Source: Spongospora subterranea f. sp. subterranea (Eukaryota). Taken from it: a stretch of 64,000 bases of DNA. The stretch is from the NCBI GenBank assembly GCA_049724395.1, contig JAUGWO010000045.1, positions 186,001 to 250,000 on the forward strand, written 5' to 3'. The position numbers were made by a program, and so were the translations under genes. Of this stretch, positions 10,877-25,613 are shown piece by piece; the stretch's first letter is position 1; each line of letters begins with the position of its first letter. A model generated the notes under the pieces. That model saw only the letters and a program-made list of their open reading frames with translations. It was not told the origin of the DNA and did not search any database.

Positions 10877-13800
10877 CTACTGTTCTGATGAAAAGCGGCA
10901 AATGGATCCATCTTCTCGTATAAGCTGTATGCAATTTTTGGTCCAAGTCAGCGTTATGCATTGCAAACGTTCGGAAAACGAAGGCGTGGAGGCTAATGGT
11001 GCGAGGTGCAAAGTTCGGTGATTCCGGATGGTTGTGCTCAACCAGCTCGTTAGAAGATTTCGTTTCGATACAGGAAGATTCCAGAGACGCAATGTCGGCG
11101 GATCTTCTTGAGAGGAATAGGATGCCAGCATTGACCCTAAAAAAGAACAGCGCGTTGAAATCAAATGGTGTTTGAAAATTTCGATAATACCGGCAGGGTT
11201 GAAAGACAAAGCGTCCACCTGTTGAGTGTGATCTTCCAAAATTTTCCATTTTGATGCCGTCGTTACATCGTAGACAACGATATGGCTATTAGACACAGAT
11301 GCAACAAGATGACATGAACCGTGCATTTTTACAACCGGAAACCGAATAGCAAACGCTTTTAACACAGCTAGCGCCGGACCAATTATTGAGCGCCTATCAG
11401 TGGGCCTAAACAGTAAACATGAGTTGGAAAAAAGCGACATTATTAAATTGACTGCCAGACTCGTCGGGATTTAAGCATCGAATAATGATATCAATAGCAA
11501 ACGGGATCAAAGAAGAAGAGCCTTCACTAGATAACATGCACGTCGGGTTCTTCATGATAAGACCAGCAGCGGCATTAAGAGAAGCAACTGCAACGGCGTC
11601 AGCATACTACGCAAAACAGCCATGAGAAAGGGTGTTAAAATAATCATGGGTTTTGACGCGAAATAACCGGCCTTGGTTGGACTGTTAGCAATTTTGCCCA
11701 GAGTTGTGAAAAAAACGGGTACATTGACTGCAGCAACCTCCAGCAATGCTCGCCGAGCAGTAACCTGCAATGTGTTGGCTGAGCTCGCATCCACTGACAT
11801 TGATAATGCGCGAACCCAACCTGAATTGTTTTGGACTTTTTACTTTGCGGAAGCCCCAAGTATAATAATCGTTCAATGATTCCATCAACTTGGGACAGAT
11901 ACGGCTGCCAAAACCGGATTCCTAAGAGAAGAATATGACAAACCGTATGTCAGCAAGAAACGGGAGGTTACCTTTGCCAATTAGTTCGGCCGCTAAAGAC
12001 GACCGTATATACCCTTCTGATTCGGATGTGATTAGCTTGCTTAGCATTTCTATGATCTTGAGGCTGCATTGGTCATCGAGCAGAAGCTGATGATTGACAC
12101 ACAAGATACACAGGATCATGGCAGCCATCAGTCTTTCATCATTGCGGGAGAGAAACTCCAACTGGCTAATGGTGACTACAAAGAGCAAAAAAAAACAACA
12201 AGGGGAATACATTCGAAAGAGCATCATCGTTTTGATAGTCCCTGCTGGGATTTCTCGTTGTGCGGAGCAATGAAACGCCTTTGAACACTGTTGTCCAGTA
12301 TTCACGGGCGTCATTTTTCCGATCAACTGACATTCGAGTTATCACGCTTTGCAGCAAAAGACGAGCGGCGACGTTGACAGACTCGATAGAATGGAGGCAA
12401 AACGCTGATAATACCTACACAACTACCGGATCAATAAAGTTGCAAATTTTGAAGCCTGATGCCAACCGATACCCTAAGAGCCGGCTCTTTATAAAGACAT
12501 AAAGCATCAGGTAGAAGAACACCATAATTGGTTAGAAAACGAGAAAACAGCGATTGATCAACGACCAATCCGTGACACATCTGAAGAATAGGAAACATTA
12601 TTCCGAGAAAAAAAATGACATAACAGTTTTGGTACCAGAGGCAAGTACAGTGAATTAATATAGAGGGATTGCATGGCTGTAAAACGATGAGAAAACCGCC
12701 ATCGAGATGTACTTGGCCAACGAGACGGTAGCAGCAGAGTGATGGAGAAAGGGACTATGGAGGTACATGAGCAATTTTGAACCACCTTTGCGAAGACCCC
12801 TACGCTGATTGTTTGATTGCCCATAAGCAGCATGTGCAAAAACAGTTCCGAAAGCAGCATAGCATAGAATGCCACTCAATTTATCTGCCACCATACGAAA
12901 AAGATCTACCATTAAAAGTCGCTCTGACATTTGCTGAGAGAATTTAATACCCACTGACGAAAGTCTGATCCACAGACATTACCCTATCAAGCTCGGAATC
13001 TAGTGTCCAGTCTAGCAACAGTGACATGGCAAACCGTATGGAATCGTTCAAAACCATGCTTGGCATTTTGCCAACGTCTTTGTTACGATCAGGACCTATT
13101 CAAGAGGATGGACAAGATGCATTAAACCAATCAAAACATCACGAACTGTCATTCAGTTCATCAAACTCGTTATCACGCTCAGGTCCTTGTCTGCTTCCAC
13201 TGGCTGTTAACTCGATATTTGAACAATCCACGCATAGGTTAGTAGTGGCAACGATATCCAAAGTGAATATGGATGCATGCAGCCTCGCATCTACATTTGC
13301 AAGGTGCCTAAATAGCCCGTTCGACGCGCTCTATTGTTTGAGTCAGTACGAAAGTGAGACCCAGAGAGCCACTCACCTGAACGTATGGACCGCTAATATT
13401 CTCGGGGCTGAATTTATGGATATCAATGAATGTTCTGGCAGCTTTACCCTTCAGAATGCTATCCAACGTGCCCGTAGAAATTGCCCAAATATATATAGTC
13501 CCATTTTCGGTGATGGGGATGGCGTAATCTGCAATCTCTGTCCACGAATTGCACAAAAAACTACTCATTCGGTTATTGAATTGAAAGATAACGACTTGAA
13601 GGTTTTACCTAACGATCGGGCGCACATGGCCAGGTGCGGTGATCAAACATCTAGCGCCTGTGGTTTCCGATACCTCAAGTACGGAGAAGGACAAATCTGA
13701 TGCCACTGCGGCGACTCGCGATCGCATTAGTGGATAAAACTTCGTTATCGCCCCATAATGCACGTCGAACCCAGCAAGAAACTCTACAGAACTAGAGGGA

Positions 13801-15360
13801 AATCAAAGACAGATTAGAATCAAATTAATAATATGCAGATGCAGTTACTTTGGATTCAATTTCCAGATAGAAATCCGACCATCATCGTCCCCAGAGAATA
13901 GCTCAGTGGACACATTGAAAAGTGCAGTGATACCGGACGTATGCCAATGAAGAGTCTGCATAGAGGCGTCCAACTCAAGTCTTTGAATGCGAACCTCACC
14001 GTTGTCTGTTAACAGATTCAACTACCGAGGACGGCAAAGGTAATGGACCGACCATATCCAGCAGCAAGCAATGGCGAAGCGATAAATATAAAGCAAGAGC
14101 TTGTAATCTGCGGACGATCCCGTTTCTTCGTGAATAAATCAGACAGACATGACACAATCGGATGGTAAAGCTCGTCCATTTTATATTCCAGAATGGCACC
14201 GTCTGGCAAAGATTCGCCACCACTCATAATAAGGGACGTGGATGTCACGATGCATTGCAGAGATGGGCAAAAATAATCTGGCGTTGATGGTCTTTCAGAA
14301 AAGTGCTGTGAAGTCAATTCGTGCAACAACAAGAGGTTCGTCATAGGTCTGCAGTATTAGAACGGAGGCATTGTGTCCATAAAAAACGAAGAGCTTCGAT
14401 CCGTCTTGAGAAAAAATTGCTCCAGAAATGTCGCTTTCCAACAAGTCCAACGTTTTCTTCAGCGTTACGCAATTCTCAGAAAGATTGAAAAAATCCAACC
14501 GCTGACTGTTGATGACCACCAGATGAGCTTCAGAGACGGCAATGCCAATAGGGTTGCTGTCTTTAGCAGTTGGAAAAGTGACACTCTCATCGACTTCTTG
14601 AGTGCTTGTAATATAGATCTGTCGGCGCGTAATGATACAGATTCGTTTTTGTTTGTTGATGAGTTCTGCGTCAATCACCGGCAAATCAGCATCAATGGTC
14701 CTTACAACAGAAAGGCTTCCCCGATACCCCTCGCCAAGCCCAATCCGTAAAATAAAGACCTGGGTTGAAGTTTGCTGTCTTGGAACACAGACCGCCATAA
14801 CAAAAGGATCATCTGGTGAGTGTAAATAGACGCGAATCTTAGCGGTCCAGATGGAAAGAGCTTGAACCGATATTATGCAATCGCCACTAAGGCCTAACCA
14901 GTACGATTAAAAAGCGAAGTATCACGGAGACGAACTTCTGACATTCATGAACAGAGACGAGACCATCCTCATAAGTTATAATGAACAGAGCAGTATTTGC
15001 AAAGTAGAACGCTGCCGCAGCAGTGACAGCGATCCCAGACTCCTTACGGCCTAGAACTACCGCAACGGGCAGATATTGGTCACCATCAGAACTTGAGCGC
15101 GTTAACATCATATCTTGGAGTTGTGAATGAATGCTCGATTCCATAAGCGTGACCATATCATTGTTAGGTAATGGTAGAGCTGTATGGCTAGTCGGAATAG
15201 GCTGTTTTCGCCAGAGAACTAGGCCACCGGATTGTGAGCCAGTGACAATATGTGAAGTTGGGGCCCCCGGCGCGCCTTCAACAGCACAGCAGCACGTGAT
15301 ATGATGCTCTGGAGCATTGGTCCAGCATACGAACGGGGCTGTCAGAGTCTTAAGATCCAT
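10877..15360 (-). CDS. WDR7: WDR7/rabconnectin-3 beta-like large WD40 protein, multi-exon
   Basis: N-terminus APFVCWTNAPEHHITC..IVTGSQSGGLVLW resembles WDR7 PIVLWG..PTHCIS..IVTG..DGQI.LW. C-terminus FPVV..IVVYDVTTASKWKILEDHTQQVDALSFNPAGSMLASYS resembles the WDR7 terminal WD repeats. Central AAELIGKG and ARRALLEVA motifs. Confidence 0.8.
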
Positions 15361-15806
15361 TGAGAAGATTATCGGCCATGTCCCGACCTAAGCACTCGTG
15401 GTGCTGCGATGAGGCATATGGGATTCAGGTAATGAATGATGTCTGTACCTGATCAATATGGTCACTTTGAGCCGGGGCATATGTACACCGGACCGAATTA
15501 CACACTCGAAGCTCATTTATTTGGTGATAATGTTTCTTCTTTCGGTTATTCTTCGCTGAACTGGCTTAATACTGTAGTCCGGATAATCCATTGGTGTTCT
15601 CACTCTTCCATGCGAGCACCATTATCAAGCTCGCATGGCAGAGTGAGAAACAGAGTTGATGTTGACCTGGTATGTATGGACATGTATACAGCTTGACTCA
15701 GCGAATGATTTGGGCAAAACGTTCACGAATCACACGACGACACAGTCATGAAATACGTAGACTTTTTCAAAGGAAATATTTTATGACACAATATACAATG
15801 GCTCAC

Positions 15807-16949
15807 TCATGGATTCCTTGTCGCTTCAAGCAAAACGTTCTCGGGCGTCACCGAGCTGTCGATGTATTCAGTGAGCGCGGCGTTGATAAATCCGCTTTCT
15901 TTTAGGTATTCCATTCGACATCGGTTGATTAGGTACTTGCACGTTTTCCCGATAATAAACTGCTGGGGAGTGGAGCATTGTTCAGATAAGAGAGTTGCCC
16001 ATGACGAAAACCTACACATTGACTCAAAGTCGTGTGAATCAAAGCCCAAATTCTCGAGATATTTCCTGCCAACAAGTGCACCCCATGTACACTTCTGATG
16101 GCAGCATGGAGCCATTGCAACGGCGTTGACGCGTTTTTCAGAATTGACAATACATCGTAATGCATAATCGAACCCTGATCCGCAAAGATGTTTGCTGACA
16201 CAGATACAGCTTTCTCTGCGGTTGATAATGTCGACTTTATCCAGTCTGAAATGGCGAATATCGATTGTGGCGCGGGTGAATTCTGAGAGGCGTCGTAACC
16301 GGCAGTCTGCGGCGTGCCTGAACGAGCACATATCGACAGCAACAACGCCCACACGTTCCTTGAAATCGTTTTGAAATTTCAGTATAATTGCTTCAGACAG
16401 ATCAGCTTTGCCAGCGCCAAGTTCGACAACTGCTATTCCCTCATTCATACCCTTGATCCGTGAAATTCTTGCGATGATGGCATCATGTTGAAGACTATGC
16501 TTCATTGCTGGTGATATTGCCTGATCGGACGCTGTAATATCAAGTGGTTGTATACCATACTGTTTGCTAAAGGACAAAATTCGGGATTCAAGGTCGTCAG
16601 CCCTGACTGAAACTGGAACAAAGCCTGGGACGCAATCGTTGTGTCCATTACAGTTTTCGTCATAAAATGGTTGACTCCTGTTACGAGTCTTATTCAACCG
16701 GTTCATCCACAAAGCACAAAATTGGACGCACCTTAAGACCATTTGCCGCTTTAGCACAGGACACTTTTTCCCAGAGTGAGCACGGAACGTCGCAGACCGA
16801 ACCCATGTTCGACAAGCAGTACAGAAGGTCATATTCTGGACAGGTTCATCTTGATGAAAGAGGCAATACGATGATAATTTATTCGTCACCAAAACGGGTC
16901 GGTGACAATGCCGATTAGTATGCTTACAAAAATGTTGACATGGCAACAT
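15807..16949 (-). CDS. TRM13: tRNA:m4X 2'-O-methyltransferase TRM13
   Basis: N-terminal zinc knuckles CQHF..NRHC..YCLFH and CTAC..H..KKCP; VELGAGKADLS; TIDIRHFRL; VSKHLCGSGFD; APCCHQKC; VTPENVLL. Start taken as MLPCQHF. Confidence 0.92.
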   Translation of the reverse strand: MLPCQHFCKHTNRHCHRPVLVTNKLSSYCLFHQDEPVQNMTFCTACRTWVRSATFRAHSGKKCPVLKRQMVLRCVQFCALWMNRLNKTRNRSQPFYDENCNGHNDCVPGFVPVSVRADDLESRILSFSKQYGIQPLDITASDQAISPAMKHSLQHDAIIARISRIKGMNEGIAVVELGAGKADLSEAIILKFQNDFKERVGVVAVDMCSFRHAADCRLRRLSEFTRATIDIRHFRLDKVDIINRRESCICVSKHLCGSGFDYALRCIVNSEKRVNAVAMAPCCHQKCTWGALVGRKYLENLGFDSHDFESMCRFSSWATLLSEQCSTPQQFIIGKTCKYLINRCRMEYLKESGFINAALTEYIDSSVTPENVLLEATRNP

Positions 16950-17447
16950 GTGAAATCTGTCCAAAATCGGAAAATCTGCAATAATTCGCGCTACTCCGCC
17001 GGAGTGATCTGGGATCCTCAAATAACTGCGTACTGTAGCCTGTAGGTAAATAGCGGTTTTTAATGAAGTGTGCAAAATTTGCAAAAAGTTTCTCGAAAAT
17101 GACGTGTGTAGAGATAGCAGAGGTTGCACTAGACGTTGAAAGGGGTCAAAAATACAGCAATAAGTACGGTTTGGTACAGTTCAAAAATGAATTTCGACAA
17201 AATTCAGGTTTCTGTAAATCTGGCATTGCAATAGATATAACCTGTATTGCACATTTATGGGTGACGCACTGAAGATGGTTGAAAACGTCAGGTGCAGAGG
17301 ACAGCTTACAGTCTGTGACTGTGGCTGGCGAGTGCAGCTGATAGATATCGTGTATCGTGCACTGTTACGTTTTAGTGCGGGCGGAGCAGAGTGACACGGG
17401 ATTGATGAGGCAAAGCGAAACCACTCGCTGCTGTGCATTTATCAATC

Positions 17448-19351
17448 ATGATTGTCGTTTCTATTTTGCGCCTTCTAGCAATATCGATCAGTTGCTTGAC
17501 AATCAGTGCCATCCCACAGTTCCAGGAGCCCATTCTCATTGTCGTGGGCGACGTCAACACAAACAATGCCCGTATCATGTATGATGCGCTAGACAGGTAC
17601 AGTCGATAATCGGCATTGTGTGCATCCATCCAGGTCAACCTCATTCTCATAGGCATCTTGTGCATACGCCAGTCCAGGCTGTGTTATCGCTCTCTGGTGA
17701 AGATATATACAGCGAGACTCTTATCATTGCTGAGAAGCCCAGCATTTGGATTCTATCAAGTCTAGAGCCAGGTCGGTCCCATTTTGAAACAGTTTGCAGT
17801 AGTCTAATGTTTTTTAGGCCAGCACTACCTGATACACTTGTCTAGCAAAAATGGAATCAGTTCCCGTGCAAGCTTCTCTACGCTCTCAAGCAATCGTGAT
17901 TCAAGCTTTAAGATCGTGTATTTTTGCTTCAATGTGGTTTGCGTCCCATTAACAGAATTGTTATACCAGAATTGCCAGTTGTAACAACTTTGATTCCGAC
18001 CATGACGGATCATTTCTCAAACAACTTTCAGAAGATGAAAACGTGCAATCACGGATCGGAATGATGCATATTGGTATAAAATTCACATGCAATAGGTCGC
18101 AACTTATCTTTTTGTTGTTTTTAGGTGATCAGATTTATGCGGATCCAATATTTCACAAATTGGAATCGCGGTGGCCGGTTGAAACCTTTTGAAGTGTTGC
18201 TTGAAGAGTTTCGTAGTGCTTATAGAAGAGTTTGGTATAACTTCGCAACTTTTCAAGTATCTTGCATTCTGAAATCAGTTCTTAGGTCGGCTCCTGAAAT
18301 GCGCACACTATTGAGCACGGCAGCAAATTGGATGCTTCTAGACGATCATGACATTATGTTAGAGTCATCAAAACTTGACTTCCATTTCATATATTTACAA
18401 TCGTGGTGATCAGAAATAACCTTGATGCAGAACATTTCAGAGACGGCCGTGGACCGTTACTCTTGGCCGGTCGTCAAGCATTATTAGAATATCAGTTCCA
18501 GCTGCACAGAGACGTTTTTCATGAAAATGGGACAGAATTGAGCCAAGTTTGTGCAGACTTCAACAAAGTGATTAGCTCGTTTGCTTTCATATTTGTAGAC
18601 ACACGTTTTCAGCGAACATTCAGTTTCGATGGGAACGCTCCGATGCTTGGAAAAGCACAAATGCACAGAGTGAACACGTCAATTCATCGTTATGGCCAGG
18701 ATACTTCTATTTCACGCATGTTCGTCGTTTCAAGTGTTCCGTTCATGTTCGCACCTTTCAAATGGTTTGCCACTCTGGCTGACATTGTTGAAGGGGAAAA
18801 GTTAACATCGCATTCTGTCCATCGCCGGGAAACGTCTACTTTGTTAGACCTCGTTGGCAAATTTGCTAACAAGTCGACGTTCTTGGCGGGAGACGTGCAT
18901 CTTTTCTTGAGGTCGCGCATTTGCCAGAAAGCAACCTCGCACGCGACATCTTCTCGTCATTGCATCGAGCAAATTGTGACAAGCGGGGTGACTGTCGCAA
19001 GTACAGCCGCCAACCAACTGAAAGTGTGTATTTTCCACTTTATGTGCTTGTTTCTTGGACCCAGGCAACTCGGCAGCTGGGAGCTCGTACCTGACGCTGT
19101 TAATATCGGGCACAACGCCTTGATAGTCAACGGCCAATCAGAAAACTACGAAGCTATCCCAATATTTTACAAATCGCCGTCACAGTGGACACAAGCATCT
19201 CAAAATGTGTTCAATTTAGGATTCAGGATACGTGCTTGGCAAACCAATGCCATTGTACTAGACAGCGGTATCAGTGATGGTGACGACATTAATATATCGC
19301 ATCAGAAGAAACTCTAAGAGGGTAAAGTTTTGGTGGCATTGTCTCTACTGA
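17448..19351 (+). CDS. PhoD-family (alkaline phosphatase D-like) metallophosphatase with signal peptide, multi-exon
   Basis: Hydrophobic N-terminus MIVVSILRLLAISISCLTISA; IVVGDVNTNNARI; spliced MMHIG/DQIYAD; WMLLDDHD; FVDTR; VVSSVP; FLAGDVH; QIVTSG. The 3' end is uncertain (19317 unspliced or 19351 spliced). Confidence 0.85.
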
Positions 19352-19544
19352 TTCACTAACTATTTTTGACAGAAGACCCATAATTAACTGCTAACTTTCT
19401 CGCCAATAAATGACAGGGATTGTACTGAACCTATCTATGGAATGGGATCGAAATTCGACGTTACGGTGGGTTAGTTTCGATACATATTTACTTCTTATAT
19501 TATAGACCGGTGGAAGGTTCAGTTATGTACACGATGTGAAGCAT

Positions 19545-20845
<1,301 letters not shown>

Positions 20846-21534
20846 CCAATGACAAGTTCAGCTAGTCGATCACAACGATATTCTGATACCAAGTTTTCAA
20901 ATGTGGACCGGCCCAGCATTCAGTTACTTCGTCCCGGCAGGGGTAACCTCATTACTCACTGGCGACACTCTGCCACAGGGCCGCGTTTCACAATTTGGAA
21001 ATATCTGACACACATCTGTAACATCGAGCTTAAGATACCAAGTCTTCAGATGTTTCAATCACTGCCAGTGCCCAAAACGGCGAGTAGGGCCAATAGCAGT
21101 TACGGGGGCAACGTTTCTTTGGGACAAGGTCTGTCGCAGATCTACAGTAGAGTTGCGTCCCGCCATCGTCCTGATTTCAACACAGGTTGGTGCCTGTTTT
21201 TTTAGAAATTTGCAGTTTATAACGCATCAACGGCGACAACAGTATAATATGTTGACAGTCGTTATTACTAATAGTTTCTGATTTTTGCGGAATTTTTGGC
21301 ATTTATCGACGCGGCCTTGGCTTAATGTGAAATAGTAGTAATTTTATCTGCTGCTTGTAGAAAACTGAAAATATACTAACTAAAACTGAATGGTTATATT
21401 TTAACCGAATGGTATACTGAAAAATGAATGGCATCCTAAATTAGAGAGAAAAAAACCAGATAACAACGAATGGTATACCTATTGATCTCGCCACATACTT
21501 CTCATCTTATTCAAGGCTCAGACTTGTTTTATTG

Positions 21535-22629
21535 ATGCCCGCTGGTGACGCTGAAGCTGGCGCCAATACAGACCGGTTGGAATCAACAAATCATCCTACG
21601 GATCCAAAGCCCCCATCCATTACTGTTTTTATTGGAACATGGAATTTGCATGCTTGCACTCCTACTGATGATTTGGCGCTATTTATTCCTAAGGAATCGT
21701 TTGATGTTTATGCCATCGGGACCGAAGAATGTGGCCAGTCACTAGAAGTATCCCTGGTTTATGATGACAAAACGAAATGGGTGCGCAAGCTAGTTCATCA
21801 TCTTGGTGATAAATGGGTTGCTGTTCAATCTGTGACATTGAACGCAATTCATTTAGCGATCTTCATCAGGCGGGAGCTGTATCAATGTGTGTCAAATATC
21901 TCAAGCAGTTCCGTCGCTACTGGAGTTGGAAATGTGATTGGTAATAAAGGTATTTGTGGCGTCCATCATCAATACAATGGTCTCATCACAACGAATATCT
22001 CAGGAGGTGTTGCCATATCATTCACGTTAGGGAATCTATCGTTCGTATTTATTAATTGTCATTTTCATGCCCACGATAATGGCGTCTCGCAAAGGAACGC
22101 CGACTTTCACACGATTGACAGTGGTCTGAGTCTATCAGGATCAAACGGCCGGCGGGCATCTGAGGCATTTGACATCGTATTTTGGTTTGGGGACTTGAAT
22201 TACCGAATAAACGGGGGTAGACGCATGGTCGATTCGTTAATCAAATCCCAAATGCTCGAGGTGATGAAGGCGAACGAGCAGCTTACCATGGAAATGAGAA
22301 AAGGGAATATATTCTCTGGTTTTACGGAAGGCGATATCACATTTCCCCCATCGTATAAATTCGATAAGAATAGCGACGTATACGACAGCAGTAAGAAGCA
22401 ACGAGTACCGTCATGGACAGATCGGATACTGTGGAAAGAGAGTACACACATCGTACAATTAAAATACGCCAGCGTTAACGAGGTCAAAACATCTGATCAT
22501 CGGCCGGTTATCGCTACGTTCATGATTACAAGCGATTGGTCGACCGCCAGGGCAAATAATCCCCAATATGCCCAGTCAAGGATCGTGTATTTTACAATAG
22601 AGCTTTTAGCTCGTCAACTCCAAGCCTAG
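21535..22629 (+). CDS. Inositol polyphosphate 5-phosphatase, INPP5E-like
   Basis: IGTWN, AIGTEE, GNKG/GV, FINCHF, FWFGDLNYR, FPPSYKFD, RVPSWTDRILW, SDHRPV. A CaaX-like CILQ* lies in the +1 frame at 22586-22600. Confidence 0.92.
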   Translation: MPAGDAEAGANTDRLESTNHPTDPKPPSITVFIGTWNLHACTPTDDLALFIPKESFDVYAIGTEECGQSLEVSLVYDDKTKWVRKLVHHLGDKWVAVQSVTLNAIHLAIFIRRELYQCVSNISSSSVATGVGNVIGNKGICGVHHQYNGLITTNISGGVAISFTLGNLSFVFINCHFHAHDNGVSQRNADFHTIDSGLSLSGSNGRRASEAFDIVFWFGDLNYRINGGRRMVDSLIKSQMLEVMKANEQLTMEMRKGNIFSGFTEGDITFPPSYKFDKNSDVYDSSKKQRVPSWTDRILWKESTHIVQLKYASVNEVKTSDHRPVIATFMITSDWSTARANNPQYAQSRIVYFTIELLARQLQA

Positions 22630-22656
22630 AAAATGAATGAATAATATAATACAAAG

Positions 22657-22686
22657 TGGTAGACTATCTTATGGTAGACTATCTTA
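22657..22686. repeat. Perfect 15-bp tandem duplication between convergent 3' ends
   Basis: tggtagactatctta x2. Confidence 0.85.
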
Positions 22687-24272
22687 GACATACTCATCAA
22701 AATCTTCATCGTACTCTGCAGATATCCCAGTAATTTCTTGGAGAGAATTATCACGACCTGAGTCCGATAGGAATGCAGATCTGACCATACCATTATCTGG
22801 TGGTTCGAAAACGGTTTCTGCACATAGGGTTGAAAAAATAATCCGCGAACTCAATCTGGTGGATGATTTCAAAACCTTCTGAAGAAGTTTCTTTCTCGAA
22901 AATGGTCTGTTGGATCCCATTTTGTAAGATATCATTTGATGACTGACGCATCATCAGCTCGATTTTCTGAGAACTGGACGATATCTTCTTATCTTTTTCT
23001 TTAAGTAAACTCCCGAGCCGTATAATTTCGCCTAGTATTACATCGTCATGATTTGGTCAAGCTTGCAGTCCACCACCTGACCTTCTAATTGCTGCCTGTG
23101 GTTCTTCATTGTATTGCTCAGTCGCCGATTCCGCCGTTGTTCCGTCTGTATCGCCAGCTTGAGCTCAGTAATCTGCCGTCGCAAATCCTAAAGTTTGAGG
23201 TGTCGGTATGTGTCGTCTGAGCGTAATATAAAAAAGGTTCACAAAACTTGTTCAACGTTGCTCCATTTTTCTCTCTCTTGTTCCATCTCGACTTGAACGT
23301 CAAATCCCTTCTTCGAATTGATTTTCTGACTCTGTTTTTGAAGCTGCAGATGTGATCAGAGGGTATCAATTACAAATGGACATTGTCTCTTGAGTGAATA
23401 ACAGACCAGACAAATTTTATCGTGTTGAGATCGAACTTGCCGGTCTCCTTCTCGATTCTGCACCAACAGCTCTTTGTTTTTTTCCTTGACTTGACGTAAT
23501 TCTTTAGCCATACTTCTGATCCTTTCAGGATATTCAGATTGAGATTGCTCATACTCCATTTGAATATTTTGGTGGCGCCTAATTTCCTATATGAGGCTTG
23601 GGTTGGGTTATAATTTACATACAAACTGGCGGGGCTCTCTACCGATTTCAGAGTCTTTATTTTCCATTTTTTGCTCTGAAAGTTGACGTCTGAGATCAAC
23701 GTTCTCATTTTCGCTGGCTACATTTCTGGCCCGTCTTTGTAATTTGGTCAAGGCTTCGCGTAGTTGGGCGTTTTCCTGTAATGGCGCTGTAATACTCTGG
23801 AATGAATGCAAACGGATGTGCACCTTTTGATGCTGACGTAATAGCTTGGAAATTTGATTCTTTTTACTGGAAGAATGGCCGGCTATGTAATCGTGATTAG
23901 CATCAAGATATGCAAGTAGGCTGAAACCAGCCTACCGCGTGATAAATCATAGAACCGACGCCGGGAGCCGTCTGATGCCACCGATTGGGATTTACTCTCA
24001 GAGGTTTCCACAACGCTCTGGTTGATCGAAGCTGATTGAGGCGTTCCTTCGCTGGAACGGGATCCGAGAGGTCGTGGAGAATGATCATGACTGTCGAAAC
24101 TTGGCGGTGGTAAATCATCGGGATCGGCATCCCCTGGTGCGTTAAAATCGTCGCTGTAGGACCCATCGTCATCAACCCGCTCACCAAACCTGTGAAATAC
24201 ACCCGTTGTGATAAGGTCGACGACGAGCATGACGCCCGCTTACCTTGCCGACGATATCCTGCCCAGAATCAT
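22684..24272 (-). CDS. Long coiled-coil protein, possibly lebercilin (LCA5)-like; multi-exon, apparent +1 insertion near 23660
   Basis: Heptad-rich exons; ME(N/I)KTLKS/EIRRHQ..EYEQSQSEYPERIRSMAKELRQVKEK resembles the lebercilin domain (ENxxLKxxQxRQxKAL..E..ExELP). Acidic tail YDEDFDEYV*. Confidence 0.5.
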
Positions 24273-24839
24273 GGAGCTCAGGTTGTGCTTGGCGATCACG
24301 ATCCGCGACAATTCAACCTATGACGGTATGTCAAGTTCATGATCATGATCATGGCCCATACGGGCCCCATCATCATCATCATTATTATAATTGATCTACT
24401 CAACTACGGAAACAGAACTGCATCATGGTCTCCTTGCCACATCTAACAACTAAAGGAAATAAAACTGCTGATGTTTGAGCAACAGTCGTTCCGCGTCGGA
24501 TATACCCGTAAAACTCTACCATTCCGATAATGCGATCACACGTCAGGTTCTAGATACTTAGCTACCTTATTCAGTTTTCAGACAGTTTAATAGCGTCTGA
24601 ACTGAATTAGCTGTCTGCAGATCGGGCGATTTTCCGATATTCAGCAATGGGGTTATATGTTTATTTACATTATGGCGAATATCAGTGTATCAGTTCCCCC
24701 CATGATATTGTGTGTAACAGATTCACAGACAGATATATTGCGGACTGCTGTGTGTGTCAAACGTGACACGGATATAACACACACAGTCAGACAATATACA
24801 GTATGTTCGTGGGCAGATAATCGTCGGATTCCCACTTTG

Positions 24840-25613
24840 ATGTTGGGGCCAACGCCCAAGAATCCCCTCATCCTTTGCCATGGATTGATGGACATAGGGC
24901 GGTACTTCCGCATGCCTTATTTCCATCAGATATCGGACGCGCTTCGTAGTCTGGGGTGCACCGTGTTTGAGCCACTAGTACCTCATGCAGCTAGTATTGA
25001 GAGGCGGGCGTCTGCTCTATTAGCTTATATCAGTGGGCTTTACGCCAGCGGACAGATTTGCCATGAACAACGTGTCAATATTATTGCCCATTCCCTTGGA
25101 GGTCTGGATGCCCGACATGTCGTCACCCACCTCCACGGTTATTGCCACATCGCATCGATTACTACCATCGCCACTCCTCATCGCGGAACCACATTAGCTG
25201 ATTGGGGTGTCTCCACTGTTGGACAGCGCCTGAAGATTGAGACGCTTTTCGCTTTGGCCGGTATTGACACTCAAGTGTTTTACGATCTTACAACAACGTC
25301 ATTACGCAAGTTCAACATTGCGACACCTGATCACGTCTCTGTGAAATATTTTTCTTTTGGTGCCTGTAAAGCCCATTATCAATTACCGTATATGCTGAGG
25401 CCATCGCATGCGTACATTAACAGCAGGGAAGGTGATAATGATGGACTTGTTTCGGTGGCGAGTTCAAAATGGGGCGAATATCTCGGAACCATATCGGCAG
25501 ATCATTATGAACAAGTTAATTGGGTTTTGCCAGGTGGAGGCGTTGGCACGTTTAATGCCACTATGTTCTATCGCGATACGGTCGCCAGAATTTTGGCGGA
25601 AAGGGGGTTGTAA
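24840..25613 (+). CDS. Triacylglycerol lipase, alpha/beta hydrolase (TGL2/LipA-like), intronless
   Basis: PLILCHGL, SIERRA, NIIAHSLGGLDAR (nucleophile elbow), TIATPHRGT, NDGLVSVASSKWG, ADH. Start M uncertain. Confidence 0.92.
   Translation: MLGPTPKNPLILCHGLMDIGRYFRMPYFHQISDALRSLGCTVFEPLVPHAASIERRASALLAYISGLYASGQICHEQRVNIIAHSLGGLDARHVVTHLHGYCHIASITTIATPHRGTTLADWGVSTVGQRLKIETLFALAGIDTQVFYDLTTTSLRKFNIATPDHVSVKYFSFGACKAHYQLPYMLRPSHAYINSREGDNDGLVSVASSKWGEYLGTISADHYEQVNWVLPGGGVGTFNATMFYRDTVARILAERGL

Noticed and set aside
13026..13700. 224-aa plus-strand ORF
   Set aside because: Antisense shadow of WDR7-like exons; no recognisable motifs.
15436..15760. Short plus-strand ORFs with intron-like signals between WDR7 and TRM13
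   Set aside because: No coherent model or motif.
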